Numbered from the whole stretch's first letter, positions 26,503 to 41,404 are shown. The stretch is 62,184 bases of DNA, filler included, from Rhabdomonas costata (GCA_019059605.1; 23 parts of 23 records of this genome joined end to end with filler, not necessarily neighbours in it), one strand, 5' to 3'. Notes: generated by a model not told the origin, from the sequence alone. Program-made: numbers and translations.

Positions 26503-27944
26503 CTGTGCACCCCATAGGATACCAACACAGCAACTGAAGCCAGGAGAAGGGTAAGGCAAAGAGAGAGGGAGGAAGGCTAAAAGAACGATGCATAGAAACC
26601 ATGCTGGAAGAACAAACTGCTGGTGGGGCTTTCGACCGGCCAATGGGCAAGGTCTCATCAACACTGTATGACGTGCTTTCTATAAAAGCATATGAGGCTG
26701 AAGGGTGCAATGGAAGTTGGGGGGGAGTAGTAACGGTTACCAGTGGTAACAATTTTTTACCATGGGAGCATATTTTAAGTTGTTAATTTGAAGCTGTTTC
26801 AGGTCCTCCAGGTCACGTCCCCGCCCCAGCCGCCCCTAAACTAATGCTGTCCTACTCGTCCGGCCATATCCCATTCTCTGGCGAGCAGTTAGCCAGCAGC
26901 ACGTTTTCAGCTTTTAAGCAAAAACCACCATCTAGTCCCCTTACACAAAAGTAAAGTCATTTCGAGGGTGCTGGCATACGCCATTTTNNNNNNNNNNNNN
27001 NNNNNNNNNNNNNNNNNNNNNNNNNNNNNNNTTAATTAATTAANNNNNNNNNNNNNNNNNNNNNNNNNNNNNNNNNNNNNNNNNNNNGGGTGTGGGGGGG
27101 TTCATCGCAGTGCACGTTTGTTTTCAGCTTCACCTCGTTTTTGTTCATCACTGCAATTCTCTCTCTGCCGTTTTCTTTGTCAGTGGATTTTGTGCATGTG
27201 TCTTAAGTGGGGGTGCCTTTTTTCCTGTGCTTAGCACCGGAGGATGCTGAAGTGGCAGGAAGGCGCGCCACCTCTCTGGATCTCCGCTTTGTACGTGACT
27301 CTGAACTGAACCTGTGTGTGTTTGCGCGCGCCCTTCCCACCTCCTCTCCCTCCATTTTTTGTTCTATTTCGGAAGTGAGCATGTTTTCCCAATTGGACCA
27401 CAGCCGATTATCTGTTAAAACAGGAAGCGGGGCCTCCTGGCCCGCTCACTGCACCGACTTACAGGCGAGGTCCTTTTTGATTTACGGTTTAACGGCGTAC
27501 AACCGACTCTAGCTTTTTCAATGTGCACCGACCAACAGACCCAGACCATCAGGCCGCCAGTGTCAAGGAAACAAATACGTGTGCACGGCAGGTTGAAAAC
27601 TGGGACAGGGTTCGAGCCGGCAGTGGTGACAAAAGGAAATGGGTAAACGTATCAGATGACTGAACAAGCGGAAAGTAATGTACAGATGCGGAAGTGGGAA
27701 AAAGGAAAAATGGAACCCAAGTGGGTTTGTGTGGATGTGTGCATTTGTATTTTATTTTGTTCTTTTTGTTTCGATTCGCACTGTAGTTCCTGAAACGTCC
27801 TGTTTGTCAAAGCCACACGATTTCCTGCGTTACACATTGTTGGAAATGTATCTCTACCTTGCCCGTTTCCGTCCTTGAAGCGTTTATTTTTTGCGTGTGC
27901 GTGTGGTGGTGGCTGTGCTGCGTGCCTGGGATCATGTACGTCAG

Positions 27945-29693
27945 ATCACCGTCACCAAGGACCAGACCATTGTGCTCACGGGGCACGGTGACCAGCAGGC
28001 CATCGCGGAGCGCCGCGACCTCATCACGGAGATCCTGAAGAAGACCGACTCCACTTACGAGAAGGAGAAGCTGCAGGAGCGGTGTGCCGGAGCCCTTCTC
28101 TTTCCCGTTGCTTGAAATTTTTCTGGGAGCCTTAGGGCCAGACCCTATTTACCCAACCACAACGTTTCGGCAGTCTCAGGCCTGCATGAATCTCCCCTCT
28201 TCCCGGAATCCGGCAGCTTTCCCACTGCAGGGTGTTCCTTTCGCTGTGCCCTCTAATTGTCGGCTGTGTCTAGGTTCTAGGTCTATTCTTTTGCATAGCC
28301 TGGCCAAGCTTAGCGGAGGTGTGGCGGTGATCAAGGTCGGGGGGGCCTCCGACGTCGAGGTGAACGAGAAGAAGGACCGCGTCACGGACGCCCTGAACGC
28401 CACTCGGGCGGCCGTCTCGGAGGGCATCGTCCCAGGGGGCGGTGTCGCCCTGCTGTACATGGTGCCCATCCTGGATAAGCTCCTGGCCGACCCCACCCTG
28501 ACAGGTCTGGGGATTCGCTGCAACCGTGGCAGTCTATTTTTTTTGTTCATGTCTTGAAGTGCAGGAAACAAATTGGTCCTTGAAAAAGTTGTACCCATAC
28601 TTATGTCTGTGTTTCCCACCCTGCCAAGCCGGCTTGTGTCCTGCTTCCTTTCATGTCTGCTTCAACCTTTTGAGGTGCCCAGCAAGGCCTTTACCATTAT
28701 GCAGTTGATTTTCGGCTATCGAGATGTGAACATTCGCGGATTCGAGGGAAAACGAAACCATGAGGGAAGACTCCCAGAGGCGGGTGGTGTTCATGTTGGG
28801 TTTCGGTGTGTTTTCGCGTTTCCTCTCTCTCAACAGATGACCAGAGGACCGGGGTGCGGATTGTGATGCGTGCGATCAAGCTCCCCGCGTCGACCATCGT
28901 CACCAACGCCGGCGGTGAGGGTTCCGTCGTGATCCACAAGCTCCTGGCGGACAAGAAGACGTCACAGGGCTACGACGCCTCTAGCGATAAGTTTGTGGAC
29001 ATGTTCCAGGCCGGTGTGTGCGGTGTTTGGGCTTCCCTTTTATGATTTTTTCTTAATTTTTAAGTTCCAAGCCCCAGGTTGCAGCTCATAGGAGGCACCT
29101 CCTTTTTTCCTTGAAGTAGGGACATAGGGGTCTCTTCAGTGTTTGTGTGGGTTCGTGCGTTTAAAATACAAGGAATCGCAGTAGCTCCACATGGTTAACC
29201 AGGCCAGCGCCCAAACTGAGTTGTGGTCGGGCACTTGACTCCAAATTTCTTAACTGTGTCTTCTTGACGCCTCAGCCTTTTAGTGTTCTCTGCTTTTGCT
29301 TCCGCGAAAAAGGAACGATTGGTGTGCCATTCGCGGAACACGTTAAACCGGTTGATTTTGTTATTACCACCTCACCATCAGCTCTTTTCTCAGTCGGTGC
29401 CTTCTCTATCCCTCTGCAGCCCTTCTTCTTCACTTTTTTCTTCTTTCCACTTGAGGATTGTCTCCTGTCATAAGTCATATTCCATCAGTTCCCTCTCTGT
29501 GATGGGAATGATGAGTGGGCCTGGCCTGCGCATCGTGCGTCTCTTCACCTTTTTCACAGGAATCATCGACCCTGCGAAGGTTGTGAAGACCGCCCTGGTG
29601 GACGCGGCCTCCGTTGCGGGGCTGATGATCACCACAGAGGCGGCTATCACGGACCTCCCCCCGGAGCCCGGCGCGGGCCCTGCCCACCCACAA
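27945..29693 (+). CDS. HSP60: Mitochondrial chaperonin HSP60/cpn60, C-terminal four exons
   Basis: Exons 27945-28081, 28299-28504, 28837-29013 and 29560-29693, all GT-AG and phase-consistent: ITVTKD…[24 protein letters not shown]…[22 protein letters not shown]…DQRTGVRIV…[19 protein letters not shown]. Confidence 0.97.
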
Positions 29694-30068
29694 NNNNNNN
29701 NNNNNNNNNNNNNNNNNNNNNNNNNNNNNNNNNNNNNTTAATTAATTAANNNNNNNNNNNNNNNNNNNNNNNNNNNNNNNNNNNNNNNNNNNNTGTGGGG
29801 GTTCAAAAGGTCTTTCTTCGGTGGATTTAAACATTACACAAAAACAAATTTATCGAAAAAATTAGTAAGACAGACACAAGGGTGAAGCCGTTCAGCCTTT
29901 TTCGATAAATTTGGTTTTGTGTAATGTTTAAATCCACCGAAGAAAGACCTTTTGAACCCCTGCTAGCCAGATGAATGCTAATCTACACTTACCCTTGACA
30001 AAGGAAGGAGCCTAAATTTTGGAGTTACTCTGCCCGACAAGGCTCAATCATCCGCAACTGCCTTTTTC

Positions 30069-31121
30069 ATGGGTTGCATGGGTGCCGCCAGTTCTGGCCT
30101 GTACACCAACGCTGCTCCAGTGAAGCTCTGCCCAAGCTACGCCCGCACCGGCCGGTGCCGATTTGCGGAGTACTGCCAGTTCCGCCATGCCGTGCCCGAC
30201 CACGAGAGGAACCCCTCGCGGTACACTCACTACACTCTGGACTGGTCGGAAGAGGGCGGGAGCGCTTCGCAGGGTTTGGGCGGGTCCCTGAATTCGTCTC
30301 GGGCGTTGCGGGTGCTGAAGGCGGAGGACAGTGAGGCGCGTTCGGCTGTGACTGAGGCTATGCGGCTGGCTCGGCTACAGAAGCAGAAGGCGGCTGGCGT
30401 TGCCCCACCTGAGGTGTGATTGCAGTGGCACAGAACATGCAGCGCAAATGTACCTGAAAGTGACATTGAAGATGTGCGAAGGTCCACCTTGATGCGATCT
30501 GAAATGCTAATCAATACCCTTTCTTCATCGACATTCTGAACTTCGGTTCCTTGTCACCATGACTCAAACCGTTTTGTCGAGACTGAAATTGAAATTGCAT
30601 CCCTTACTCCCTCGTTCTTTGATCCAACACCCGCCAGCAACTTTGCCCTTCTCTTTCTTCTCTCCTAACCAGCGCAGCTGTTAGATTGCGTTCTGCTGTA
30701 TTTCCATCATGCTTCTGCCCAACACTGGACATTGCTGAACTATCTTTTACCATGCATGATCAAGTCGCAGAGCATTTTTTCAATAAGGTCAACGATGCTC
30801 ATGAACTAAAAACCACAGAAATCAGATCCTTTTCAACTTTCCCGGGCACGCCTTCCTTCCGCCTGTGGAACGACTGACTGTGTGAACCCGCCGCAAAGTT
30901 TGTTTTGTGTGTCATTCTCTGTGGCGCTCGTAGTTTCCTTTCCGCTGCTGCAGGGTGGCTGCCCCGGAACAGAACAGGAGGCTCCGTCGACTTTGGAGCC
31001 CCGCCCGCTGCGCCATCAGCACTCCAGCGCCGCTGCTCTGTCTAAGCGTCGACGGGTGCGGCCTCAGCAGACTCTTTCGTTCAGCCTCGAGGACAACGCG
31101 GAGGAGGAGGAGGATGGGTGA
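30069..31121 (+). CDS. CCCH zinc-finger protein with TSSC4-like motif (two exons)
   Basis: Exon 30069-30413 has CPSYARTGRCRFAEYCQFRH (C-x8-C-x5-C-x3-H) then VPDHERNPSRYTHYTL. A phase-0 GT-AG intron leads to exon 30954-31121, ending TLSFSLEDNAEEEEDG*. Confidence 0.7.
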
Positions 31122-31770
31122 TCCTTTGTTTGGCCAGCGGTTGTGAGATGCTCTTCCTGCCGCTGCTGCATTTTGAGCACCTGCCACTCGTGCAGATGAA
31201 TGTTGGGTGGTTTTCCGTGATTGGCCTTCAGTCTTTTTGGCCTAGTTGGCTCCATGCTGCGAGGCATACAAGCACCTCCGCATGACCCCACGCAAAAGTG
31301 CTTTCTTCCTTTTGTCGAGTGCATCAAACCACCGGGGAGAGGGCGCTGCTCATCTAAGCGAAAGAAGAGAAACAAGCCTGTGAGGCTGGCACTCCGAAAC
31401 CGTCTGGCCAAGGACCATCCAGGACATTATTGGGTGAGGGCTCCTGTGCGATAGACCCCCAGGTCTGCTTCTGTGTGCCCTCAGCAGGGTGCTACAAATT
31501 CAGAAGAGACACACCATCTTCACCTGAAGGGGCAACGTCAAGAGCACGTGTGTTTGTATTATTACACAACCCCGCAATTGCCCTAAGGGTCTCAGTGGAA
31601 CGGGCTATATTTATTCCTTACCGTGTTATGCTCAGCCCTTTTTCTGCCTTTTCGACTCCCCTACTTGATCTCTCCCGCTTCGTATCTGCTACCCTTTTTT
31701 TCTTTTTGTTTTCCATCTCCGATCTTCCTTTTTCCGGAACGGTCGACCTTTGTTGTAGAGAGAGCCCGGT

Positions 31771-31990
31771 ATGGCCCGAAAGACAATGCGAGTTGCGGTA
31801 GGCGTTGCGGTGGTGGTTTTGGGAGCCTACCTTCTTGTTGGAGACCTTTTGGTCGCCCCGTCCCCTCCCCCACCACTTCCGACCTGTGCCACTGTGCTCT
31901 CCTGTGGGGAGGGCAAAAAGCTCACCCCGCTCGCCCCTTCGGTGGGCTGCAGGGCCCAACCCTGCACCCTGGAGGAGTGCTGCGTGGAGG
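31771..31990 (+). CDS. First exon of a signal-anchored protein with a Cys-rich extracellular module
   Basis: Pyrimidine tract and AG shortly before the ATG. Basic N-terminus, TM segment (VAVGVAVVVLGAYLLV), Pro linker, C-x5-C…C-x4-C-x4-CC, then a GT donor. Confidence 0.5.
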
Positions 31991-32312
31991 GTTCGGCGTG
32001 CCCTTCCCATTTAACCTGATCCCACAGACACGCACACACACAGACAGACACACTGAAATATAATGCAACCATGCTGACCATCAGCCAACAGCCTCAGCAT
32101 CGCAGCCAGCAGCAGAGCCAGTGGCATCAGTGGAACTGGCGGTGAGCGGCGAGTACTGCGACCGCGGCCAGTGGTAATGTGACGTGCCGGTTTACGCACG
32201 TCGCTGCGCCAGATTGCGCGAGAGACCGGAGGAGTTTCTGTTTTATGCAGCTCACCTGCGCAAAAGACAAGGGGCCCAAGTGAAAAGCATCCAGCTTAGT
32301 GCTCAACACACG

Positions 32313-32353
<41 letters not shown>

Positions 32354-33189
32354 AAACAATCCATAGGCGCTAGTGCATTTATGCCCCCCCCCGGTAGGGT
32401 GAGCAAACCANNNNNNNNNNNNNNNNNNNNNNNNNNNNNNNNNNNNNNNNNNNNTTAATTAATTAANNNNNNNNNNNNNNNNNNNNNNNNNNNNNNNNNN
32501 NNNNNNNNNNCGCACATTGAGTTGGGTTTTCCGTTTTGTAGTCAAAGACAAGGGTGTCGAAATTTGGAGGGCTAATGCGGTGGCGCTGGGTCCAATAGTA
32601 AAGAAAGAGGCAGTCTTTATCAAATCCTTTAGAAAGCAGCAAGCACTGGAAATCATCACGTTCCCCCCCCCTCCTCCTCCAAAAAACTATCCGGCATTGT
32701 TCATTCCCACCCGTTATTTGCTGTTTTTCTGACTCCCAATCTCGCAAACGCAACCCCTTTGTGGTGCTCCTTCCAGTCCTGCACCACCCGCTATGAGTAC
32801 GTGCACACGACGCTATTTCCGTCTTTAAAGCTGACAGGTTCTCTTCTCATATTTCGGCCTCCCAGCCCCCTTGCTGCAGCATTTTTCAGGATGTCTTTGT
32901 TTGTGTGCAGCTATAGGCTTCGCTATACCCTCACATTCTGCCATTCATTTCCTTACTCACTTTCGCAATTCTGCTGCTGTGCTTTGTCCCGGACTCTGGA
33001 CACGGGACTGTTGTCATGAAAATTTGCTGCAAAGCACTTCCCAAGGCTTACTCTGTTTCTTCTTCCAGAAACGTCACAGCTGAAGCTGTACGCCGCTGCA
33101 ATGGCGATCAAGAGCAGGCCCCTGCATTGGTGCAAGGTGCCCTCTCCGAATCCTTTCGGGTCACCTGGGACACAGAAAAGTATGCGCAC

Positions 33190-35018
33190 CTCGGTGGTAT
33201 AGGTGTGGCGGTCCCGGAAAAGCCTAGGCTCGAACTGGATGGGCTTCTCCATGTCCGACATCAGACTGTTGGCCTGGTCCGTCTTCCGCATGGCCTCCAG
33301 AAGCTTGTTGCGGCTCTCCGAGTCCAAGTTCAGCAGCGAAGCCGCGGCGCCGCCGCCGAAGCCCGCCTTCTGCGAGATCTCCGATTCTGCGAAGGCGTAG
33401 TCCGGAACCGGGCCATCCGTCTCGTGACCCGGGAACACAAACCGGAAGGCGTAGTTGTTCCCCATCCAAACCCGGGCGTTGTGGTTTAGGACGGTCGGAG
33501 TGTGGATTTCCGATCCGTTCACCTGGAACAGAAATAGGACCAATATTGCATGGCTGCAAACCTCCAGCCACACGCCGTGGCCGTGTGCTGGGTGCGTGTG
33601 CTCCTGGCCACGGGAAAGGGTAGTTGATCGCAACACGTTACCTCAGTGTGGTGGGCGAGGAAAAAGGTTCCAAGCTTGCGTACACCAACATCCTGGTAAA
33701 AAGCACGCGGGCGCTAATGGGGTGCACACCCATTAACGCCCGTGACGACTGCTTGACCAGCGCTGAAACCATGTTACATAAATATTTAACATTTTATATT
33801 AATGCAAAAAATAAAATATAAATAATAAAAAATTATATATCTATTATATAAAAAATATTATATCTATTATTAATATTATAATATTTTAATATAATAAAAA
33901 ATACACAAGCGCACGCCCCGCACACTAGACGCCGCCCGAAATTTCTGTGGAAATTTCTCCGTTATCATTCATCATTCATCTTGAACAAAATCATTCACTG
34001 GAATAAATCGTTGCTGGCACACCTGCGTGCCGGCGGGCGGACGGTTTGCCAGCCTACAGCGTACGGTACAGCCAGCTTACAGTCTCTTATCAAAACCCAA
34101 GCACGATGTAGAGCAAGCACAAAAAAAGGTCCTTCCAAGCCGCCTGTGTAAAGGCAAAATAAAAAAAGGGACCAGAAAAAACACCCCTAAATGGCCTTTA
34201 AATGGCCTCTAGCGTGGTTCTAAACCGAAGAATTCCGGCCCACTCCAGTGCCAGCATGAAGTACTCCTGGGCTCTACCCTTAGGCTCAGTATTCAGGCCT
34301 GCAAAGGTCCAAAAAGGGCCCTTCCAAGCCTGCGTAAGGCAAAAAGGGCTCAAAAACACCCCACAATGGCCTGACCACAAATAGAGATGGAGTGGAGAAG
34401 AAAACTGTGACACAAGCAGCTCGGCAACTCATTGTGCAAAGAGAGACCCAGCCTCAGCGCTATAAAATGCTTGGATAGCCACGCCGCTTGTGCGATCGCC
34501 TCCAAGAGGTGGAACCCCACCGTCGTCTGCCGAGTAACAGAATGGCAATTTCCAGCTCCGACAGCAAGGACCAAAACGGTTTCATGTCTAACCGTGTGAG
34601 CGACCATCAAAAACTGGGGGGGGTCCATCCAGCCGAGCAAAAAAGTCCGACTCGCGAAATCTTCGAACGGATGTCGCGAAGGAAGGGCTGGGAAAGCGAA
34701 CAAAGAAAAGAGCAACATACGAATTCACGTGCGTCCCCACACCAATTCCAATTTTACAATAATTAATTGCGATCTTTCACCGCAGGCGAAGATTCCTGTC
34801 CTGTTGTGTGGTAAACCGCTGCCCTGAGGCTCACAACAGCATTATGGGGATCTCCGTGCAATCACCCAGGCAGCGCGCGTTGTATGCAAAAGACATCCTT
34901 TCTTTTGTTCCACTCTTTCGGGTCCTCGCTTTCTACCTTTCTTCTTTCAGCCCTCCCTGTTCCCCGAATCCAAAACTACCATAAAAAGACCAACCCTGCC
35001 CAAAGCCGATTAACACCG

Positions 35019-35070
<52 letters not shown>

Positions 35071-35145
35071 AGAGTTCGGCCGGACTTCCCAGGGATCAGC
35101 GTGACCTTCCCGTTCTCATTAATCACCTTGGCGTGGTCCTTCACG
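33190..35145 (-). CDS. Kinesin-3 (Unc104/KIF1/KIF28-like) FHA region, two internal exons
   Basis: Exon 35145-35070 VKDHAKVINENGKVTLIPGKSGRTL joins exon 33522-33190 VNGSEIHTPTVLNHNARVWMGNNYAFRFVFP…DYAFAESEI. This is the kinesin-3 FHA and post-FHA signature. GT-AG, phase 0. Confidence 0.8.
35021..35069. repeat. (CA)n microsatellite; others at 23886-23923, 32307-32351, and (TC)n at 49540-49569
   Basis: Directly visible. This one begins at the GT donor of the kinesin intron on the minus strand. Confidence 0.95.
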
Positions 35146-36472
35146 NNNNNNNNNNNNNNNNNNNNNNNNNNNNNNNNNNNNNNNNNNNNTTAATTAATTA
35201 ANNNNNNNNNNNNNNNNNNNNNNNNNNNNNNNNNNNNNNNNNNNNTGTGTTTGGGTTTGTGGTGTCTGGACTGAAGTGAGAGAGGCCTACAGAAGGGCAA
35301 GGAAACGCGAGGGATCATGTGGAGAAAGGGCAGCATACAAACAACTGCCCAGACTCAAGTTCGCTTCGGATATACACCTGGCGCAAATATTCACATGCCC
35401 CCCTCCCTCAAGAGCACATGACTGCACGTTACACAGTAAACTCAGAACACGTGCTTTTTAGCCTCAGTATCGTAAAAACGTTTTTAGAAACATATCGTAT
35501 GCATACACACCAGCCCAACAGCATTTCATTTTGTTCCCAGCACTTCAATTGGAAACTAACATAAGCGTAACATACTAAATTCTGAGTTCCGGGATGCGTT
35601 CGCCTCGTTTCGCTCATACTGTGGTGATCGCAACCAACTCAATCACAAAACCCCGAGCACAAAGCCAAGCTCCGTGAGTGTTTCGATGGGTTTCGATTGG
35701 CATGGCAACGCTTGGAAGATGGGTTCAACTATTTATTCTTGTGAGCAACGCACAGCTAGAATGCTCATCGTGCATGAAGGCATAAAGACATACTGGGCAC
35801 CTGAATAAAACTTTTTTCTGCCCTCCATAAATATTTGGTCCGTTAACCGGCGACAAACGTTGACCGTGCCTTCCTTCAGCAGCCCAGCGAGGCCGAAAAC
35901 AGTAGCAAATCGGTTGCCCAACTCTATGACCCCACGGTCACATTTCATCCCACCGACGCACCAAAGCACCCTCAAAAACCATCTTTGCCGACAAGTGCAG
36001 AAAAGGAGGAACACAACAATTCTCCAAGGTGTTGCGTTCTGACAGGCTCTGCAATCGCATTCTTTTCTATTTCGACTTTGTTTTTTTGTGCCAGCCTGTC
36101 CGCAGCTGGGGTGCAGCAGCAACAGAGCTTGGCGTCCTCCTGAACACTACAAAAAAAACACAGCTGCAATTGCACCTGTCGGTCCACACGGCGAGTGCGA
36201 GATGACGACGGCTCAGCGGAAGAATAGTCGGAAAAGAAGGGCTTGGGATGATGTCCCAGTGTCCAGGGCCTGTTCGCTTTGGAAACCAGTAGCTCAGGAG
36301 ACTGAGGAAAGAAATACAAGACAAGGAAAACAGGACGCCTCAGCGCACTTAGCAGACCAGGGCTGCGCCTACCCATAGGAAGCACAAGAAAAGAAAAATC
36401 TCTGCGGGGGCAAGAGACAGCAACACAAATGCAATATTCATCAACGGAAGAAAAGACAAATATCACGCAAAC

Positions 36473-37462
36473 CTGAACAATCTCTTCGGCTTCTGCGGTA
36501 AAAGACACCACGACACAAACGTCCTTGGCCTCCAGGCCGTACAAAAGTCGTGGAAAACCACGACGAAACGCCTGCGATATCGCGTTCGAGCTGACGCAGG
36601 GAGGCAGCGTCTGACCGTCAGAACAGTCCACCCCCAACAAAGACCGATCGCAAGTGTAACCCCCAATAAGCAGCAGGTCGACCAAACTTCTGTGTGGTGC
36701 AGCACCCAGGCCAAGAAAGGGCGGAGTTCGAGCAGGGTAAGCAGAGAAGGAAAAATTTGGTTTGGCGGCTCCCTGAGTTTCTTGCCACATGCCTTTATCG
36801 CGCACAGATATAAAAAACAACCAGAACAAGCGGCCTGCACCTGGGTAGAGATCCCACCCCCTCCGCAACAGGGCGTTGCCGCGAAGGGGGAAACACCACT
36901 GCGCTGTGCAGAAAGCGGCCCAAAGCAAACCCCCGAACCTCAATCTCCCGCCATTCCAGCGTCCTCAGACACAGCTGGTAAACGCTGCACAGGATCCCCA
37001 GGGTCCCACCTGGGGAGACGCTACCGTACCCACCGTGCAGAAGAAGGATATCCTGGAACACCGCACAGACAGCCCCAGCCCGTGGACCAGCAACAGAGCC
37101 TGTTGTTCGTATAGGCCCTATCCATCGTGCGCCGTCCCGCTCCAGCCGCTCCAGAAGAAAAAGATCGCCCAGACACCGCAACTTCCCCTTCAGCTGTTCC
37201 CTGCTGAGGGCCGAGGGCTCCCCATCACCGTCCACCCCGAAGCCTCCAAAGACCCCCATCATGGTGGCCGAGGGGAAGAGCTCCCTGTGGGCGGCCTGGC
37301 AGAGTGCGCTGGTGCGAAGCAGAAATGCGGAGTGGTCGCTGCGAGGGCTAGGGCAGACACTGCTGGGATGGCGCTGGAGAGCAACCGGGTGCCACTTCCA
37401 GCTTTGGCAATCCAGGAAAGCAAGGTCGTTGCGGAGGTACAATGAGGCAGAGGTTACAGGGT
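36473..37462 (-). CDS. Kelch-repeat protein, internal exons
   Basis: Exons 37462-36841 and 36689-36473 (phase-2 GT-AG) contain PSPRSDHSA, MGVFGG, PRAGAVCAV..ILLLHGGY, TLEWREI..GRFLHSAVV and LLLIGGY. A further exon is possible at ~36177-36302. Confidence 0.75.
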
Positions 37463-38069
37463 CTATGAACGAAACCCCAGAAAAACTCTCCCACGGGACG
37501 AAGCAAACCAAAAAGCACTTTGTCTCATCTACACAAAAGAGACGTTATCCATAAGTTGGCCCTTTATTCGCGCTAGTTCGAGTGCAAAGTTGTCCCGTGA
37601 GAGGGTGGGGGCATTGCACCCATTTCCGCGAATCTTTGATTTTCTGCTTTAACATTGCCTATCCACGAATCACTGAGATTAGTGTAGGTTGCAGGCTCTG
37701 CAAAGGAAACACCAGAACTCTCCCGCAGGTCAAAGCAAAAGTGCCCGGGGGACACAAGTGAATCAATAGGATGTGCATGTAAGGCGGAGTCCTATACAAC
37801 CACTCTCGTTTACATGCACATCCTATTGATTCACTTGTGTCCCCCCAACANNNNNNNNNNNNNNNNNNNNNNNNNNNNNNNNNNNNNNNNNNNNTTAATT
37901 AATTAANNNNNNNNNNNNNNNNNNNNNNNNNNNNNNNNNNNNNNNNNNNNGAACATGATTAATCTTCCGACAGTCAGGCGGGCTGGATATGCCGAGCGAA
38001 CTTGAGATGGTGTTTTGTATGCCGAAAGGGATGGAGCGAAACCTAAACACTTGTGGGGATGTCCGCTAG

Positions 38070-39416
<1,347 letters not shown>

Positions 39417-40212
39417 GTCAGCTCTCATTTGTGCTGTATAGGTTTTTTCTCGGTGCGTGTGAGTTTGCAAATGGAACAGTTTTCGTCCAAGGGATGTGGC
39501 TGTGCACACACACCTCCGGCCTTCCTGCAATTTTCGTTTCGCTTGGTTGGTAATGATGGCTCCCTATAAGCTGCTGTGAGTTGAGGTTTTGTCGTAGAGT
39601 TTCCTGGTTTCCTGGCGACACCGTGTTCTTTTCGCCATATCCCACGTTCCTGCACCCCCTTCCGCTGCCGCTGTCTTTTCAACGCAGAGCGCCCCTCCCA
39701 GGCTAGACTTTGGCATGTACTACGGGGCGGTGAACCCGGAAACCCAGGACGCCAGGGAGGTGCTGGGAGCCCTCTTCGCACTGATCCGGGGAATGCATGA
39801 CAGGGCATAGCACCCTTTCGGTGACTTATTAGCTGGACGGTGCCCCGGCTGTGGTTCTGGACCGGGGTCTTCTCACAGGACGCCATGAGCCCTGGAATGC
39901 TGCCCTGCGGTGATTCGCATCGGCGCCGGTACTTCCCGCGCCTGAAAAGTTTGGGTGACTTTTGGGAGGGCATCTGTGACCCCTTCATTTCGCCGGTCTG
40001 GAGAACTTTGCTGCGGTAAAACTTAGTCAAGTCCACTCGGCGTGCTCGTCCCCTTCTCCTCCTTTGGTGATGTTCTGGACTATTTTGGAACAGTGCGGTG
40101 GTGCGGGTACAAGTCTATGCTTCTCAGTTGAGTATTGGTGTGGGCTTGGCCTCCGAGCATACATCCATGGTAGCAACATCGATGATGAAAGGCAAAGACA
40201 GGCGAAGCGGGG

Positions 40213-40371
40213 ATGGAGGAGGTTCAGGGCCAGCTCGAGGAGTGCGGCGCAGGCAACTACCGCGTAGTGAAGATCTTGGGCCGGGGCTCATACGGGATCG
40301 TTTTTCAGGGCTATGACAACATTGGCCAGCGCGACATCGCGATTAAAAAGATCACCCCCGACATCTTCAAG
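40213..40371 (+). CDS. MAP-kinase-type N-terminal exon (subdomains I-II), probably a second tandem gene
   Basis: MEEVQ…NYRVVKILGRGSYGIVFQGYD…DIAIKKI..IFK is followed by a probable GC donor (AAG|GCACAT). An in-frame TGA lies upstream at 40186. Confidence 0.85.
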
Positions 40372-40654
40372 GCACATTTCCCTTGCGTTGCGGGAGTATT
40401 GCTCGATAGTTCTGTCGAGATATGGAATGAATCGGCACGAGTTGGTGGGAGGAGGGGTGGCGATGATGGTTATGCACCTGGACCTGGACCTGATGGAGTT
40501 TTCGCTCCCCCTATATTTAGTTGGCATATATGGAGCAGTGTATCCACCAAACCANNNNNNNNNNNNNNNNNNNNNNNNNNNNNNNNNNNNNNNNNNNNTT
40601 AATTAATTAANNNNNNNNNNNNNNNNNNNNNNNNNNNNNNNNNNNNNNNNNNNN

Positions 40655-41404
40655 CTCTCGCCTACGAGGCCTGGGGCAGTCAGGTCTATCTTCAGGCTGC
40701 GGTGCAGTTGGTGGCTGGACAGGGGACGGTGGGCCGAGCCAGGATCTGGCACGAGCAGCAGTTTGGCATGCTTCGGATCTCCTTCCAAAATTTGTGACTG
40801 ATGTTTTTCTTACCCATCGTTTCCCTTTCGTGACCGACCTACTTGCTTGATTGGATCTGTGGACTTCTGGGCGTTGCTGTTGCGGTTGGTGTTCGGGGCT
40901 TTCGTACCAAAAACATCTCCACCCCAACTCCAGAATTGCACTGATGAATCTCAATCAACACCCGCCCTGCCACTAAAACGACCCAGCAGAACACTCAGCC
41001 CAAGCTCCAACACTTTCTCTGGATACACACTCAACAGCGAACCCAGGTTAATTTGCACAGGGCAGGGAAGACAATGGGGGTGACGGGTTGGAGAAGGGTG
41101 CTGCCGTAGCACACCATCTTCGAATCCTCACCGCCTCCGTAAATGTTTCGCAGAGCCAGACTTGACCCCTGAGCTCAGCGATCAGGAGCGCCTCGTACTG
41201 CACCAGAAGCTGCTGAATGGCGTGGTTCACCTCTCGCAGAGTCCGGCGGCCATACGGGCCCCGTCCCACCAAAGGGTACTCATGCAGCAACGTCGTAGCA
41301 TGGTTGACAAGCCCAGGGTCCGTGTTGGAAGTCACCGACAGCCAAGAAAGCTCGCAGAAGGCTTTCACCGGAAGGTGCAAGAAGGGACAGCAGCAGAAGG
41401 TCAT
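40655..41404 (-). CDS. Hypothetical protein, 5' exons
   Basis: Exon ~41404-41167 and exon 40781-40655 join by a phase-1 GT-AG intron (…EALLIAELRG DPKHAKLLLVPD…). No family recognised. Confidence 0.4.

Noticed and set aside
27595..27635. GGTTCGAG as a tRNA T-loop (similar at ~7265 and ~43091)
   Set aside because: No cloverleaf pairing can be built.
29798..29960. Long inverted repeats as MITEs or RNA hairpins (also 5425-5489 and 37747-37845)
   Set aside because: All three abut a contig end and run into the primer-like bases, as expected of amplification fold-back artefacts.
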